Shown here piece after piece: positions 18,146 to 27,173 of a DNA stretch of 54,020 nucleotides; within the stretch, counting starts at the first letter, position 1, and each line of letters starts with the position of its first letter. The notes under the pieces are model-generated. The model saw only the letters and a list, made by a program, of their open reading frames with translations. It made no database searches and was not told the DNA's origin. Source of the stretch: a virus (lineage: Duplodnaviria; Caudoviricetes); the IMG/VR virus record IMGVR_UViG_3300044691_000045, positions 1-54,020 of that record; one strand, written 5' to 3'. Made by a program: the position numbers and the translations under genes.

Positions 18146-18175
18146 ACCTTACGTGCATGCAAGTAACACTGTCAA
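18146..18175 (-). promoter_or_regulatory. Sigma70-like promoter
   Basis: Minus strand TTGACA-N18-TAAGGT. Confidence 0.5.
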
Positions 18176-18234
18176 CAGCACGTTAGTAATCAGGTAACAC
18201 GTTCTGCTTTACTAAGGCGGCAGTAAAACAAGTA

Positions 18235-18250
18235 TGTTCCACGTGGAACA
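18235..18250. promoter_or_regulatory. parS-like palindrome TGTTCCACGTGGAACA
   Basis: Perfect 16-bp palindrome, intergenic, one base from the bacterial parS consensus TGTTNCACGTGAAACA; second copy at 19500. Confidence 0.75.
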
Positions 18251-18391
18251 CTAGCGCCGAAAGCAGTCAATCTCTCTGCCCACATAGCAGCAGATGAGCG
18301 CCACAGCTACGCTCCAGTGGGCATGGCGTGCGACAGTGCCTAACAGTGAGATGGTGAGGATGTACCGCAGCAAGGTACCGTGTACGCTCAT
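18251..18391 (-). CDS. 46-aa hydrophobic peptide (not in ORF track)
   Basis: ATGA overlap with the upstream gene; MSVHGTLLRYILTISLLGTVARHAHWSVAVALICCYVGREIDCFRR. Confidence 0.4.
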   Translation of the reverse strand: MSVHGTLLRYILTISLLGTVARHAHWSVAVALICCYVGREIDCFRR

Positions 18392-18603
18392 GGCTGCACC
18401 TTAGAGCCGTGCTCTAGTGCCTCGGCAATTGCTACGCCTAGACGTGCGCGTGTGAAGCGCAGTACATAACTGTAATAGTCTTTGTTTAGGTACAGCGCCA
18501 GTACAGAAGCATGCACAGGTATACGCAAGTTTAGCTCTGGACAGTGATAGGCATACTCGTTGTATGTGCTGCCTAGCTTGGTCACTTCCACGTAGATTGT
18601 CAT
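18388..18603 (-). CDS. Hypothetical protein
   Basis: AAGG RBS; fits the operon. Confidence 0.55.
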   Translation of the reverse strand: MTIYVEVTKLGSTYNEYAYHCPELNLRIPVHASVLALYLNKDYYSYVLRFTRARLGVAIAEALEHGSKVQP

Positions 18604-18775
18604 AGTTTACCTTTCTGCCGCTTGCATAGCAGGCAAGTACCAGACATAGACTGTGGATTGCACGTGCTGCACTGGTACAAGCCGCATGCCTTACAGCGTC
18701 TGCGCACTGCTCTATTGTTGTGCTGTATCTCAGCACGTTTGCATGCTTCGCAAACTAATATATAACATTGGCGTC

Positions 18776-19021
18776 TCATGCTGTTCTGCCCACAACGATA
18801 GTTGTGCCATCTGCGCCCATGTACGCGCGGTAGGTATTGCCTGTTTCCTTTGACTTGCGGTAGCAGTACGCCTGAATGCCTGCGAGCATTGGCACACCGT
18901 TAGTGTAGGGAATCACGAACGATTGCCCAACAGCAAGCGCGTTCCAAGGATACTTGCCGGTGCGACCGCGTTTCTGCGCCAATTGCGTCACATCGTAATC
19001 GTGTACGGTATAATCTGCCAT
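18776..19021 (-). CDS. Putative DNA-binding protein (KYPW..L.VGQSF family)
   Basis: KRGRTGKYPWNALAVGQSFVIP; first gene of the leftward arm. Confidence 0.7.
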   Translation of the reverse strand: MADYTVHDYDVTQLAQKRGRTGKYPWNALAVGQSFVIPYTNGVPMLAGIQAYCYRKSKETGNTYRAYMGADGTTIVVGRTA

Positions 19022-19499
19022 TTTCTATTGCCTCTCTGGTGCCGAATATGCCCGGAATATTCCGTTAGGCTGGTAACCATTAAACCAAAGTTTTGTCTAT
19101 ATTGGAATAGCGTATAGATTATATCTGCTTACTATAGGTCATAAGTGGTAGAGAGCATCCTATCTGTAGTAGTATATGTAGTAGTGTATAGATACAGATT
19201 AAGTACAGCAGGATCAGCAACTTAGCGGCCAAAACAGCATGTGTCGGAAGGCGCTTGCCAAATATTCAAGTGTGTGTATATGACGAAACCTTCCGACACT
19301 GCGCCAGATGACCCTAACTCTTACATTCTAATCAACTTACAGTGTCGGAGGGCATTTCCGACAGATGCGCCAGATAACGTAACATCACAAAGTAACCAAA
19401 AAGTAACCAAAAGCGAACAATAAGCGAATGAATTGTCACACAATTGTCACCAACACATGAACAACCAACTTTGCGCACAACTAACACGCAACTTTGCAT

Positions 19500-19515
19500 T
19501 GTTCCACGTGGAACA
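19500..19515. promoter_or_regulatory. parS-like palindrome TGTTCCACGTGGAACA (copy 2)
   Basis: Identical to 18235-18250. Confidence 0.75.
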
Positions 19516-19586
19516 TTACGCAAATCAAAGCGCAATCAACACACAATCAAAGCGCGAACAAAGCGCAATTGGTTACTAAAGATATG

Positions 19587-19616
19587 TAGACAAGCACATA
19601 CTTGTGGGCATACATT
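19587..19616 (+). promoter_or_regulatory. Candidate early promoter
   Basis: TAGACA-N18-TACATT, with TGTGGGCA in the spacer. Confidence 0.45.
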
Positions 19617-19666
19617 AGACACAGTACCGTTATGCTTCAGAATCGCAGTACCGGAGGACTAGCAAG

Positions 19667-19900
19667 ATGCGCAACGTTAACCAAGTAGATTTTGCCGCAA
19701 TCACCAGCACAACGAAGTTTGCACATGACGCGGTAGTAACTGATGGGCGCATCTCCGTATCATTCACGATTCCTTACACGCGCACATGCTTCGATGTTGC
19801 AATCGATGGCACAGTCATAGGACGCGCGCACACCGTCAAAACAGCATTGGCACTAGTCAACACAGCGCGCAAGGCTATCCTCACATCTTGCGGCAAGTAA
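19667..19900 (+). CDS. Early hypothetical protein
   Basis: CCGGAGG RBS at 19651. Confidence 0.7.
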   Translation: MRNVNQVDFAAITSTTKFAHDAVVTDGRISVSFTIPYTRTCFDVAIDGTVIGRAHTVKTALALVNTARKAILTSCGK

Positions 19901-19938
19901 CATCACGCAATCTAATCCAACACCGGAGGCCGTTCTAT

Positions 19939-20334
19939 ATGTCGCTCACAATCGCAGGTTTCAACACTCCAGAGGAAGTAGTAAAGGCTGTCTATCCGAA
20001 GGCATACGCTTTCCTTTCAGACCGCACCGGCTATACGATCTATCCCACGCCTTATGATAAGGCTATTGGACGCTCCGTTGGTAGCGAAGCAGGCGCGTGG
20101 ATTGACGCAGCATCCAACATCCTGATAGACCAAGATCCGACCATCAAGGCAGCGCTTGACGCAGCACAACGCGCATCGAAAGGTAGCGAGTTGTCATTAA
20201 CGCTAATCGAGCATGCTATCGAGCATCTACCTGACTCCGACACAAGCGCAGTATCCGTTCTGCTCGAAGCGTATAAAGCTATCGGCCCACTAGGTCAAAC
20301 ACCTAGTTGGGAACGCTCGAAAGGTGGCCGCTAA
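19939..20334 (+). CDS. Early hypothetical protein
   Basis: CCGGAGGCC RBS at 19923 supports ATG 19939 over the ORF-track start. Confidence 0.7.
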   Translation: MSLTIAGFNTPEEVVKAVYPKAYAFLSDRTGYTIYPTPYDKAIGRSVGSEAGAWIDAASNILIDQDPTIKAALDAAQRASKGSELSLTLIEHAIEHLPDSDTSAVSVLLEAYKAIGPLGQTPSWERSKGGR

Positions 20335-20591
20335 TGGCGAAATCAGCGCGTTACGAAGTAGCCATAGATGCGAGCGCATTCAAGCTAGCGACTGTGGAAG
20401 TTGGCTGCCCTATACGCAAATTCAGTTACACCACGTTAGACCAAGCAATTAGTGTAGTGAACATCGCAAGGTTTCTCACTGGGCATGTGATGATTGGACG
20501 CGAATCAGGCGTGCCGCATACGCTAGCCGTGCATGACTCCGTACAGCTAGGCTATAACGGATTCAGCCTTACCATCACACGCGAGCGATAG
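20334..20591 (+). CDS. Early hypothetical protein
   Basis: TAATG coupling with the upstream gene (MAKSARYEV...). Confidence 0.6.
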   Translation: MAKSARYEVAIDASAFKLATVEVGCPIRKFSYTTLDQAISVVNIARFLTGHVMIGRESGVPHTLAVHDSVQLGYNGFSLTITRER

Positions 20592-20668
20592 CCGTTAGTG
20601 TTGCGCTGTATGCCCACCGCTGGCACTGTGGGCATATCGGAACACTATATAACACCGGAGGCCACACC

Positions 20669-20902
20669 ATGAACGCAGAGCGCCGCAAGCAACTCACGAA
20701 GCTAGTTGGGCAATTGGATGACATCAAGGGCGAGATTGAATCACTGAAAGACGAAGAACAAGACGCCTTTGACAACTTGCCAGAAGGCTTGCAACAGGCC
20801 GAACGCGGCCAACAGATGGAAGAGGCTGTCAGCAACCTAGACAATGCCGTCAGCAACCTAGACAGCGCGATTGACGATGTGAACAACGCAATAAACGAAT
20901 AA
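20669..20902 (+). CDS. Acidic helical-hairpin protein
   Basis: CCGGAGGCC RBS; MNAERRKQL...EEQDAFDNLPEGLQ; D/E-rich. Confidence 0.8.
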   Translation: MNAERRKQLTKLVGQLDDIKGEIESLKDEEQDAFDNLPEGLQQAERGQQMEEAVSNLDNAVSNLDSAIDDVNNAINE

Positions 20903-20966
20903 GGTTGCTGCCCACAGCGTTCGCTACGGTGAGCGCTGATGGCAACATCCAAGTACCGGAGGCCGT

Positions 20967-21173
20967 ATGTCACGTGAGTATAAGGTACTAGTTAACTACA
21001 CTTACAACGGTGTAGCTATATCCCAGTCACTGTACAGTGGACCGCACAAGAAACACGCAGATAATGCCTTTGTCAAAGCTGGCGTACTAGGCAATCACGG
21101 CATACTATCTAATTGCACTGTAACCTTTTACGATGGTTACCGCATGCGGCTAGACCTAACAAAAACGTACTAA
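20967..21173 (+). CDS. Early hypothetical protein
   Basis: CCGGAGGCC RBS at 20956. Confidence 0.65.
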   Translation: MSREYKVLVNYTYNGVAISQSLYSGPHKKHADNAFVKAGVLGNHGILSNCTVTFYDGYRMRLDLTKTY

Positions 21174-21207
21174 GACAGAAGCGCACGTCAACACCGGAGG
21201 CCAACCA

Positions 21208-21342
21208 ATGCGAATCACACCATGCACGTGCAATCTAGGCGCAGGAGCATGCAACAGACATCCGTTCTTTGGGCCGTTCCTTGCATATCGCCCGAAGCAT
21301 ACCTTTTCGATGTTCCACGGCTACATCTCGATTAGCTGGTAG
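21208..21342 (+). CDS. 44-aa Cys/His peptide (not in ORF track)
   Basis: CCGGAGGCC at 21194; MRITPCTCNLGAGACNRHPFFGPFLAYRPKHTFSMFHGYISISW. Confidence 0.55.
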   Translation: MRITPCTCNLGAGACNRHPFFGPFLAYRPKHTFSMFHGYISISW

Positions 21343-21506
21343 TCATGGTAACGCACACATTGGTTACCACTGTGCAAGCGAATTGGCGTGCAACTTTGCA
21401 TTATTTGCTTGCGTTTATCCTACGTTATTCATTACTGTAAAGACTCCATCGTTACACATACGGTGATCGGCACCTACAACCGACAGCAACAAAGAAAGGT
21501 TACAAA

Positions 21507-22505
21507 ATGGCACACAACATTGTTAACAACATGATCAGCTACAAAGGCGCAACGCCTTGGCATGGTTTGGGCGTGAACGTGGAAGAGACTGCAACGGGCG
21601 CAGAGATGCTGGTTAAAGCTGGCATGAACTGGCAAGTACAGCGCCGCGCTATTGCAATGCGCGGTGATCTAACGAACCCAGCAACGGATGCCACGAAGAT
21701 GCTAAAAGAACCACTCGCAGGCTATCGCGCAATTGTCCGCTCAGACAACGACCATGTGTTCCAAGTATCAACCGATAGGTACCAAATTGTACAAAACGCA
21801 GAAGTGGTAGAGATTTTCCGCGAATACTGCGAAGCTGGTCATGCCACGATGGAAACAGTGGGAGCGCTTGAGGGCGGTAACAAAGTGTGGGCATTAGCAC
21901 GGTTGAATGGTGGCTCTACTGCTACACTCGCAGGCAATGACGAACTACGCGGCTATATGATGTTCGCCACGTCCCACGATGGCAGCCTGCGTACGATTGC
22001 GAAGCCAACGCAGGTAAGGGTAGTCTGCTGGAATACGCTGTCTATCGCGTTGGGCGATGGCGTGCCGCAATTCAGGCTCAAGCATTCAGCAAAGTTTACT
22101 GATGCGCGCAAAGAAGAGGCACGCGTTATGATGGGAATGGCATCGCAGCAGGTAGCCAAGACCAACGCAGCAGCAGACGCACTCTCTCACGTCAACATAG
22201 ACCATTCAGATTGGCTAAACTTCATGGACAGACTTATGGGCGAAACCGTACTAGACCCAAAGACTGCGCAGCTATCCCGCATGGCCGCTGACATCCAAGA
22301 CGCTACGCTTACCTCTCCCGGCTCTACACTGACAAGCGCTAAGGGTACCCTATGGGGCGCAGTAAACGGTGTGACGTTCTACACAGACCATATGCGTGGA
22401 CGCACACAAGATACGCGCCTATCCTCTGCGTGGTTTGGTGACTCTGACTTACTCAAACGTACCGCCATGAACACAGCGCTAGAGATGGCTGGTGTGAGCA
22501 TCTAA
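21507..22505 (+). CDS. DUF932 / phage-plasmid protein (TIGR03299-like)
   Basis: MAH...PWHGLG, YQIVQN, ETVGAL.GG..VW, SHDGS, RVVCWNTL, GTLWGAVNGVT.Y.DH. Confidence 0.88.
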   Translation: MAHNIVNNMISYKGATPWHGLGVNVEETATGAEMLVKAGMNWQVQRRAIAMRGDLTNPATDATKMLKEPLAGYRAIVRSDNDHVFQVSTDRYQIVQNAEVVEIFREYCEAGHATMETVGALEGGNKVWALARLNGGSTATLAGNDELRGYMMFATSHDGSLRTIAKPTQVRVVCWNTLSIALGDGVPQFRLKHSAKFTDARKEEARVMMGMASQQVAKTNAAADALSHVNIDHSDWLNFMDRLMGETVLDPKTAQLSRMAADIQDATLTSPGSTLTSAKGTLWGAVNGVTFYTDHMRGRTQDTRLSSAWFGDSDLLKRTAMNTALEMAGVSI

Positions 22506-22594
22506 CAGACGATGGCAGCGGTATGCTGCTATGTGTGCGCAACATCCCCCGGTTAGCGCACACATAGAAGCATACAGAGTCAATCGGAGGCCGT

Positions 22595-22936
22595 ATGGCA
22601 TTCATGCAACATCAGGTAACGGAACGTCAGCAGTGGTTACAGGTAGAGACTAGGCAAGGTACGGTGTACCTGCCATGCAACGAATTAGGCTTGCATTTTG
22701 CCGATGCTACTGGCGAGGATGACGCGGTACTTGACGCGCACATCGCCACAGTGCAGCAGTATTGCGAGGGCAGCGTTATAAGCTGGTCAACCATTACCGG
22801 CTATGGTGCGCGCACTAGTGCTCCGGGGTATCTGGATTGCACAGAATGGGCCGTCTATCCTACGGCTGCTCAGGCTCAAGCATATCTCGATGAATACTAT
22901 CCAGAGGATGATGACAGCGACAGCGACAGCGACTAA
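22595..22936 (+). CDS. Acidic early protein (SAPGYLDCTEW motif)
   Basis: CGGAGGCC RBS; acidic tail EDDDSDSDSD. Confidence 0.75.
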   Translation: MAFMQHQVTERQQWLQVETRQGTVYLPCNELGLHFADATGEDDAVLDAHIATVQQYCEGSVISWSTITGYGARTSAPGYLDCTEWAVYPTAAQAQAYLDEYYPEDDDSDSDSD

Positions 22937-22998
22937 GGCTTGCTGTGTTCCGTACACTGCCCACATGGACAGTGTGCGGAATACCGGAGGCTAACAAC

Positions 22999-23286
22999 AT
23001 GGATCGTACATACGGGCGTGGAATGCTGTATTTAAATAACAGTGGTTCGCGCTGGATTACTGCCGATATGCGCTTTGTTCTGGTCATGCCAGACGGTATG
23101 CGCAAAGTACGCACTGCGCGCTGCTATGAATCCTTTGGCAACTTTGCTGTGACCATTTACCGTATCGGCTCTAAGCAGTTTGCCGGACTAGCGAAAGACT
23201 GCAATGGATACGAAACACACGCAGAGGGCGTAACGGGCGATGATGCCTTGCCGCATATCTTCCACGAAAAATCGCGCGTGTACTAG
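22999..23286 (+). CDS. Early hypothetical protein
   Basis: CCGGAGGC RBS at 22984 before ATG 22999. Confidence 0.7.
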   Translation: MDRTYGRGMLYLNNSGSRWITADMRFVLVMPDGMRKVRTARCYESFGNFAVTIYRIGSKQFAGLAKDCNGYETHAEGVTGDDALPHIFHEKSRVY

Positions 23287-23344
23287 CTTGCTGTACTGCG
23301 GACAGCGCTCCCGGTGAGCGCTGCTCGAAGTACCGGAGGCCGTA

Positions 23345-23530
23345 ATGCCAGTTGATAGGCAATTCAGAGACTTGAGTATTGGGCAGTCATTTGATTTTAT
23401 TTCGCCCATCGCTACGCACAACAGCTTTTACCTTACCTGCACAAAGATCAGCGCGCGCCAGTACCGTGACGAACGCGGCACCGTACACACTGTCGGCAGT
23501 GTTAAGGCAAACGTATACCACGTTAAATAA
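23345..23530 (+). CDS. Early small protein (F.DL.IGQSF motif)
   Basis: CCGGAGGCC RBS at 23333. Confidence 0.7.
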   Translation: MPVDRQFRDLSIGQSFDFISPIATHNSFYLTCTKISARQYRDERGTVHTVGSVKANVYHVK

Positions 23531-23640
23531 CGCACTAGCTGCCAATCTAAGCGCCAGCGATGCCCACATAGACCATGTGGGCATACTTGCCTGTACCGAA
23601 CGCAGCAGCACACCGTAGAAGCGCAACAAAGGGATAACGA

Positions 23641-23853
23641 ATGGAGACAGTAACCTTGACAGAGCACAAGCGCGTTATACAACAGCTAATCGAAGATAGG
23701 CAGGAGACGCAGATACGTGCAGCACTGGTACACATTACCCGTATGCACGCACATAGCTATCTGGCGATAGACGCGGTACACGATGGCGATGCAGCGACCG
23801 CACGCCTGCACGCCCATCTAGCCGTAACGGAGGCACGGCAGATTCGCCCATGA
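23641..23853 (+). CDS. Early hypothetical protein
   Basis: AAGGGA RBS. Confidence 0.55.
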   Translation: METVTLTEHKRVIQQLIEDRQETQIRAALVHITRMHAHSYLAIDAVHDGDAATARLHAHLAVTEARQIRP

Positions 23854-24091
23854 CTAGGCATGCTGCTACGGAGCGCCAGCAGCACGCCTGCGCCTGCAAA
23901 TCGATGGCGCTCTGGTACCTGCCAAAGTGTCTCAGAGGATGCTCGTTATAACGACTAATCGCCCGATTAACGCGAATCCGCAATTGCATATGCTACGCTA
24001 TGCACACTCATCTGTGCATACTTATTTGCATAGGTTGATATGGCTTGTGGGAGGCAGGCGCAGACTTAGGGGTAGGTTTTCCGGGCAAGGT

Positions 24092-26371
24092 TTACGATGC
24101 TTCGAGGCCGTATACTTTTGGGTTTTGCAAAGCTAATTCTGTACTTTTTTCGTCATCTGTAGTACCTACGCTATCCAGCGCTGTAGCATCTACTAACTGA
24201 TAACATTTGCCGCCGCGTGGATTAGGGTGAGCGCAGGCAGCAATTATACCGGAATCAACCGCCGAATCTATGCAGATTTTTAGCATGCGCGCTGTATCCA
24301 TTCTAAATGATTGCAGCCGGTTAACCGACCGTAACATCTCTCTATACGAGATAAGCAACTGCTCTCTATACGGCGTATTGCCGGGACTATATATTCTGCT
24401 GCTAAACCAAGTATTGAGCACGCGCATAAAGTCTGCATTAGCACGCTGGTTACCTACACCTATCTCACCGCGAACAAAACGCGAACTCATGCATTCCATG
24501 CCGCGTATATCCATAGAGATAGCCCAACGCAGCATATCGCCAGTTATGACCGGAGGTTGCATGGTATCTGTGTGCTCATCCCAAGAGCACCCTATGGCTA
24601 ACAAAGCCGCTAACCGCATTACTTTAACATGGGTACGATTGTAGAGTTGCGCGATAGGATCACTGCCGTGCTTGACATTTTGCCGCCGTGCTTTGGCCCG
24701 GTACTCCTCATTTAGCTGTTCCGCTTCCTCATCAAACGTAACCGCCTGCGGTACACCACAATGCTCTAGTGCATCACGCCAATGCAGCATGCGCAGCAGC
24801 ATATCGGATAACTTCTTTGATACCTTAACTGAGCCAGCATGTTTATTGTATGTCTCGCTAGCGTGCAACTTCTCAATTGTTAAGAACCGTGCAACAAAGC
24901 CTTCGCCTAGCATCTCATTCGACATAGCACCGAAGAATGTCTCAGGCGTGCTCATACCGATAACTGACAGCGCCGGACGATCCACACCCGTATTGCTATT
25001 GTCTTTCTTACTGTAAACTTGGTCACCTGTTTTAGCCATCGAATCAACACCAAACAGTGTAAGCAAGTCTTGTCTTAGTTGCTTCATAGTAGAGCTAACT
25101 CGCACACTGTTTAGCTGTTCTAAGAAGTGGCCGAACTCATCCATCTTGTACAGCATGCATGGTGTTTCATTCATGCGCTTCATCAGCGCTTGTCCACCAG
25201 ATAGGCTGCCCACACTGAAGTTAGGAGCGTAGCCGGGATTAGTGTTGCCGATGCTGTCCTTTAGCCGCTGTGCTGTATCCCGCACTAGTGACGTGATACC
25301 TGTGCTGATTGCTTCTTTGCCTGCACCTGTGGGCGCGACCAAGACCGTGTATAGGTTTAGTGGCATGCCATTGACAGAGAACGCGCGAGCGAATGCGCCA
25401 GACATAAACGAGATAGCACCGGCAATTGCTGTTTCTTGTAGTGGGTAAGGCGAGCGCTCATAGATGAATGACGCAATATCGCCCATCATACCTATAGGCT
25501 TGTCTATGTGTATTGGCGCTGCTATTGCCAAACGCGATTGCTGTAGTACGGTATGATTGTTTTCGATTGTAGTTACATCGATAGGCTGTAACTTTTGATC
25601 GAATGCCTTATCTATCGTACGCTGTATGTAGTCCTCACGGTTGGCTTTGCTGCGCCTGCCAAGCATGGACATACGAAAGATGCGTGCAACCTGCTGTTTG
25701 TTGTCAGTGTAGAATGCAATGATGTTCATTAGTGCCTGATCAGCGCGGGAAGCGTCACCGTTGTACGCTGTCAAGTCACCGGACCACAACTGAGAAAATG
25801 TCAAACCATTAGTAGCATTAGCTGCGCGATTTAGAATGGTGTCATCTTCATCTATCTGCGGCCCATCTGTAACAATAGTGGCTGTGTGTTTCTTATAGCT
25901 ACTCCACAACCAATCAAGCATAGCCTGCCCATCTACTGCCTCATGGTGACCGTTCACAGCATCGCCGGTTACAGTCATGTAGTGGTTGCGCGTGTATACC
26001 TCGATACCCTCTTTTTTTGCAACGATGTTCTCAGGTAGTTTGCCGCGTACCCAAATGTGCAAGCCTTTACCAGATGGCGAGCGCTCACTATAAGATTTGA
26101 TGTGGGTATATATCTCTACCTGATTAGCGAGTATGCGAGGATCATCCGTAGCATCGAAGTCAATGCAACTGTACGGCGTTTCCGGCGTGATAACAAAACC
26201 CATCAGATACTCTGGTCTTCCCAGAATAGCGAGCATCGCTTCCTTGTGCGAACTCCAGTAGATAGAGTTAGACACGTCGCACGTTAGAAGCGTACGGGCA
26301 CACAACGGTATTTTATCGGATCGTTTTGCAACAACCCATTGCGGTATTCCCGCAATCTCTTCCAATAGCAT
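24092..26371 (-). CDS. Primase-polymerase (AEP/NrS-1-like) fused to a DUF3987-type helicase
   Basis: CIDFD, ERSPSGKGLHIW, IEVY, DASRADQAL; Walker A-like APTGAGKE and Walker B-like DEFG. Confidence 0.85.
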   Translation of the reverse strand: MLLEEIAGIPQWVVAKRSDKIPLCARTLLTCDVSNSIYWSSHKEAMLAILGRPEYLMGFVITPETPYSCIDFDATDDPRILANQVEIYTHIKSYSERSPSGKGLHIWVRGKLPENIVAKKEGIEVYTRNHYMTVTGDAVNGHHEAVDGQAMLDWLWSSYKKHTATIVTDGPQIDEDDTILNRAANATNGLTFSQLWSGDLTAYNGDASRADQALMNIIAFYTDNKQQVARIFRMSMLGRRSKANREDYIQRTIDKAFDQKLQPIDVTTIENNHTVLQQSRLAIAAPIHIDKPIGMMGDIASFIYERSPYPLQETAIAGAISFMSGAFARAFSVNGMPLNLYTVLVAPTGAGKEAISTGITSLVRDTAQRLKDSIGNTNPGYAPNFSVGSLSGGQALMKRMNETPCMLYKMDEFGHFLEQLNSVRVSSTMKQLRQDLLTLFGVDSMAKTGDQVYSKKDNSNTGVDRPALSVIGMSTPETFFGAMSNEMLGEGFVARFLTIEKLHASETYNKHAGSVKVSKKLSDMLLRMLHWRDALEHCGVPQAVTFDEEAEQLNEEYRAKARRQNVKHGSDPIAQLYNRTHVKVMRLAALLAIGCSWDEHTDTMQPPVITGDMLRWAISMDIRGMECMSSRFVRGEIGVGNQRANADFMRVLNTWFSSRIYSPGNTPYREQLLISYREMLRSVNRLQSFRMDTARMLKICIDSAVDSGIIAACAHPNPRGGKCYQLVDATALDSVGTTDDEKSTELALQNPKVYGLEAS

Positions 26372-26398
26372 TTATGGCCCTATCGAAGTGTGCCGCTA

Positions 26399-26572
26399 TT
26401 ACGCAGCGTTGTTGGCGTCTTGTATAGCCATTCGTACTACTTCGGTTGCTTTCATCGGCTTGTTCAAATCACGTTCATAGTGCGCCCGTAGCTGCATGTA
26501 CGCAGCGTAATCATCGCCGCGCAGAACTACATGCAAAATTAATTCGGGATCGCTTTTGTGTTTGGCGCTCAT
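26399..26572 (-). CDS. Small putative DNA-binding regulator (ribbon-helix-helix-like)
   Basis: 57 aa; beta-strand LILHVVL then helices ending ATEVVRMAI; sits at the divergent promoter. Confidence 0.5.
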   Translation of the reverse strand: MSAKHKSDPELILHVVLRGDDYAAYMQLRAHYERDLNKPMKATEVVRMAIQDANNAA

Positions 26573-26599
26573 GAGACATACTCTACACGCAAAACCAAG

Positions 26600-26650
26600 A
26601 AAAATATAAAAATATTTTGTATTGACATCATACGCCTGAATCGGTACGCT
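26600..26650 (+). promoter_or_regulatory. Sigma70 promoter with AT-rich UP element for the replication operon
   Basis: TTGACA (26622-26627)-N17-TACGCT (26645-26650). Confidence 0.7.
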
Positions 26651-26680
26651 GTCTCCAGAAGAAAAATCTACGGAGGCCAC

Positions 26681-27079
26681 ATGGAAGAGACGCAAAAAGC
26701 ATTGCTAGCACAGTGGACAGAAGCAGAGCAAAACTGCGCGATGTGGAAAGCAAAAGAGCTACGCTTGCGCACAGAAGTAATCGCGCAGTTCTTTGATACC
26801 AGCAAGGATCAGGGTACAGAACACTTTGAACTCGGCAACGGTTACAAGTTGACCGCTGTTAAGAAGCTGAACTATACGCTCACCAATAAGAATGGTGAGA
26901 CTGTGGCAGCACTGCAAGCACTGCGCCCGGATACCGCGCAGCGGCTTGTTTCGTGGTCGCCTACGCTGTCCAAGACGGAGTACGATCGGCTGTCTTCCAA
27001 CGAAAAGATGTTACTCACCAACGCGCTAACTATCAAGCCTGCTACACCGTCGCTTGAGTTAGTGGAACCAAAGAAGTAA
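26681..27079 (+). CDS. Phage hypothetical protein of the replication module
   Basis: CGGAGGCC RBS before ATG 26681; ELGNGYKL...IKPATPSLE. Confidence 0.75.
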   Translation: MEETQKALLAQWTEAEQNCAMWKAKELRLRTEVIAQFFDTSKDQGTEHFELGNGYKLTAVKKLNYTLTNKNGETVAALQALRPDTAQRLVSWSPTLSKTEYDRLSSNEKMLLTNALTIKPATPSLELVEPKK

Positions 27080-27171
27080 TGCCGTTCTACGGCGGTTACT
27101 TCTTTGGTTTGCTGACTGGCTTTATCATCGGCGCTGGTGTTGTTATCTTATTGTTGTACAAAAGGAATTAA
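27079..27171 (+). CDS. 30-aa single-TM peptide (not in ORF track)
   Basis: TAATG coupling; MPFYGGYFFGLLTGFIIGAGVVILLLYKRN. Confidence 0.5.
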   Translation: MPFYGGYFFGLLTGFIIGAGVVILLLYKRN

Positions 27172-27173
27172 GC

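Larger units (their letters stand above)
19022..19666. other. Largest non-coding, divergent control region (origin/packaging/terminus candidate)
   Basis: No credible ORF; contains inverted and direct repeats, a parS-like site and an early promoter. Confidence 0.6.

Noticed and set aside
21311-21326. Third parS-like site (TGTTCCACGGCTACAT)
   Set aside because: Only the left half matches, and it lies within the small ORF 21208-21342.
20592-23600. Integron attC array or CRISPR array
   Set aside because: There are no consistent RYYYAAC/GTTRRRY ends, no integrase, and no identical repeats with regular spacers.
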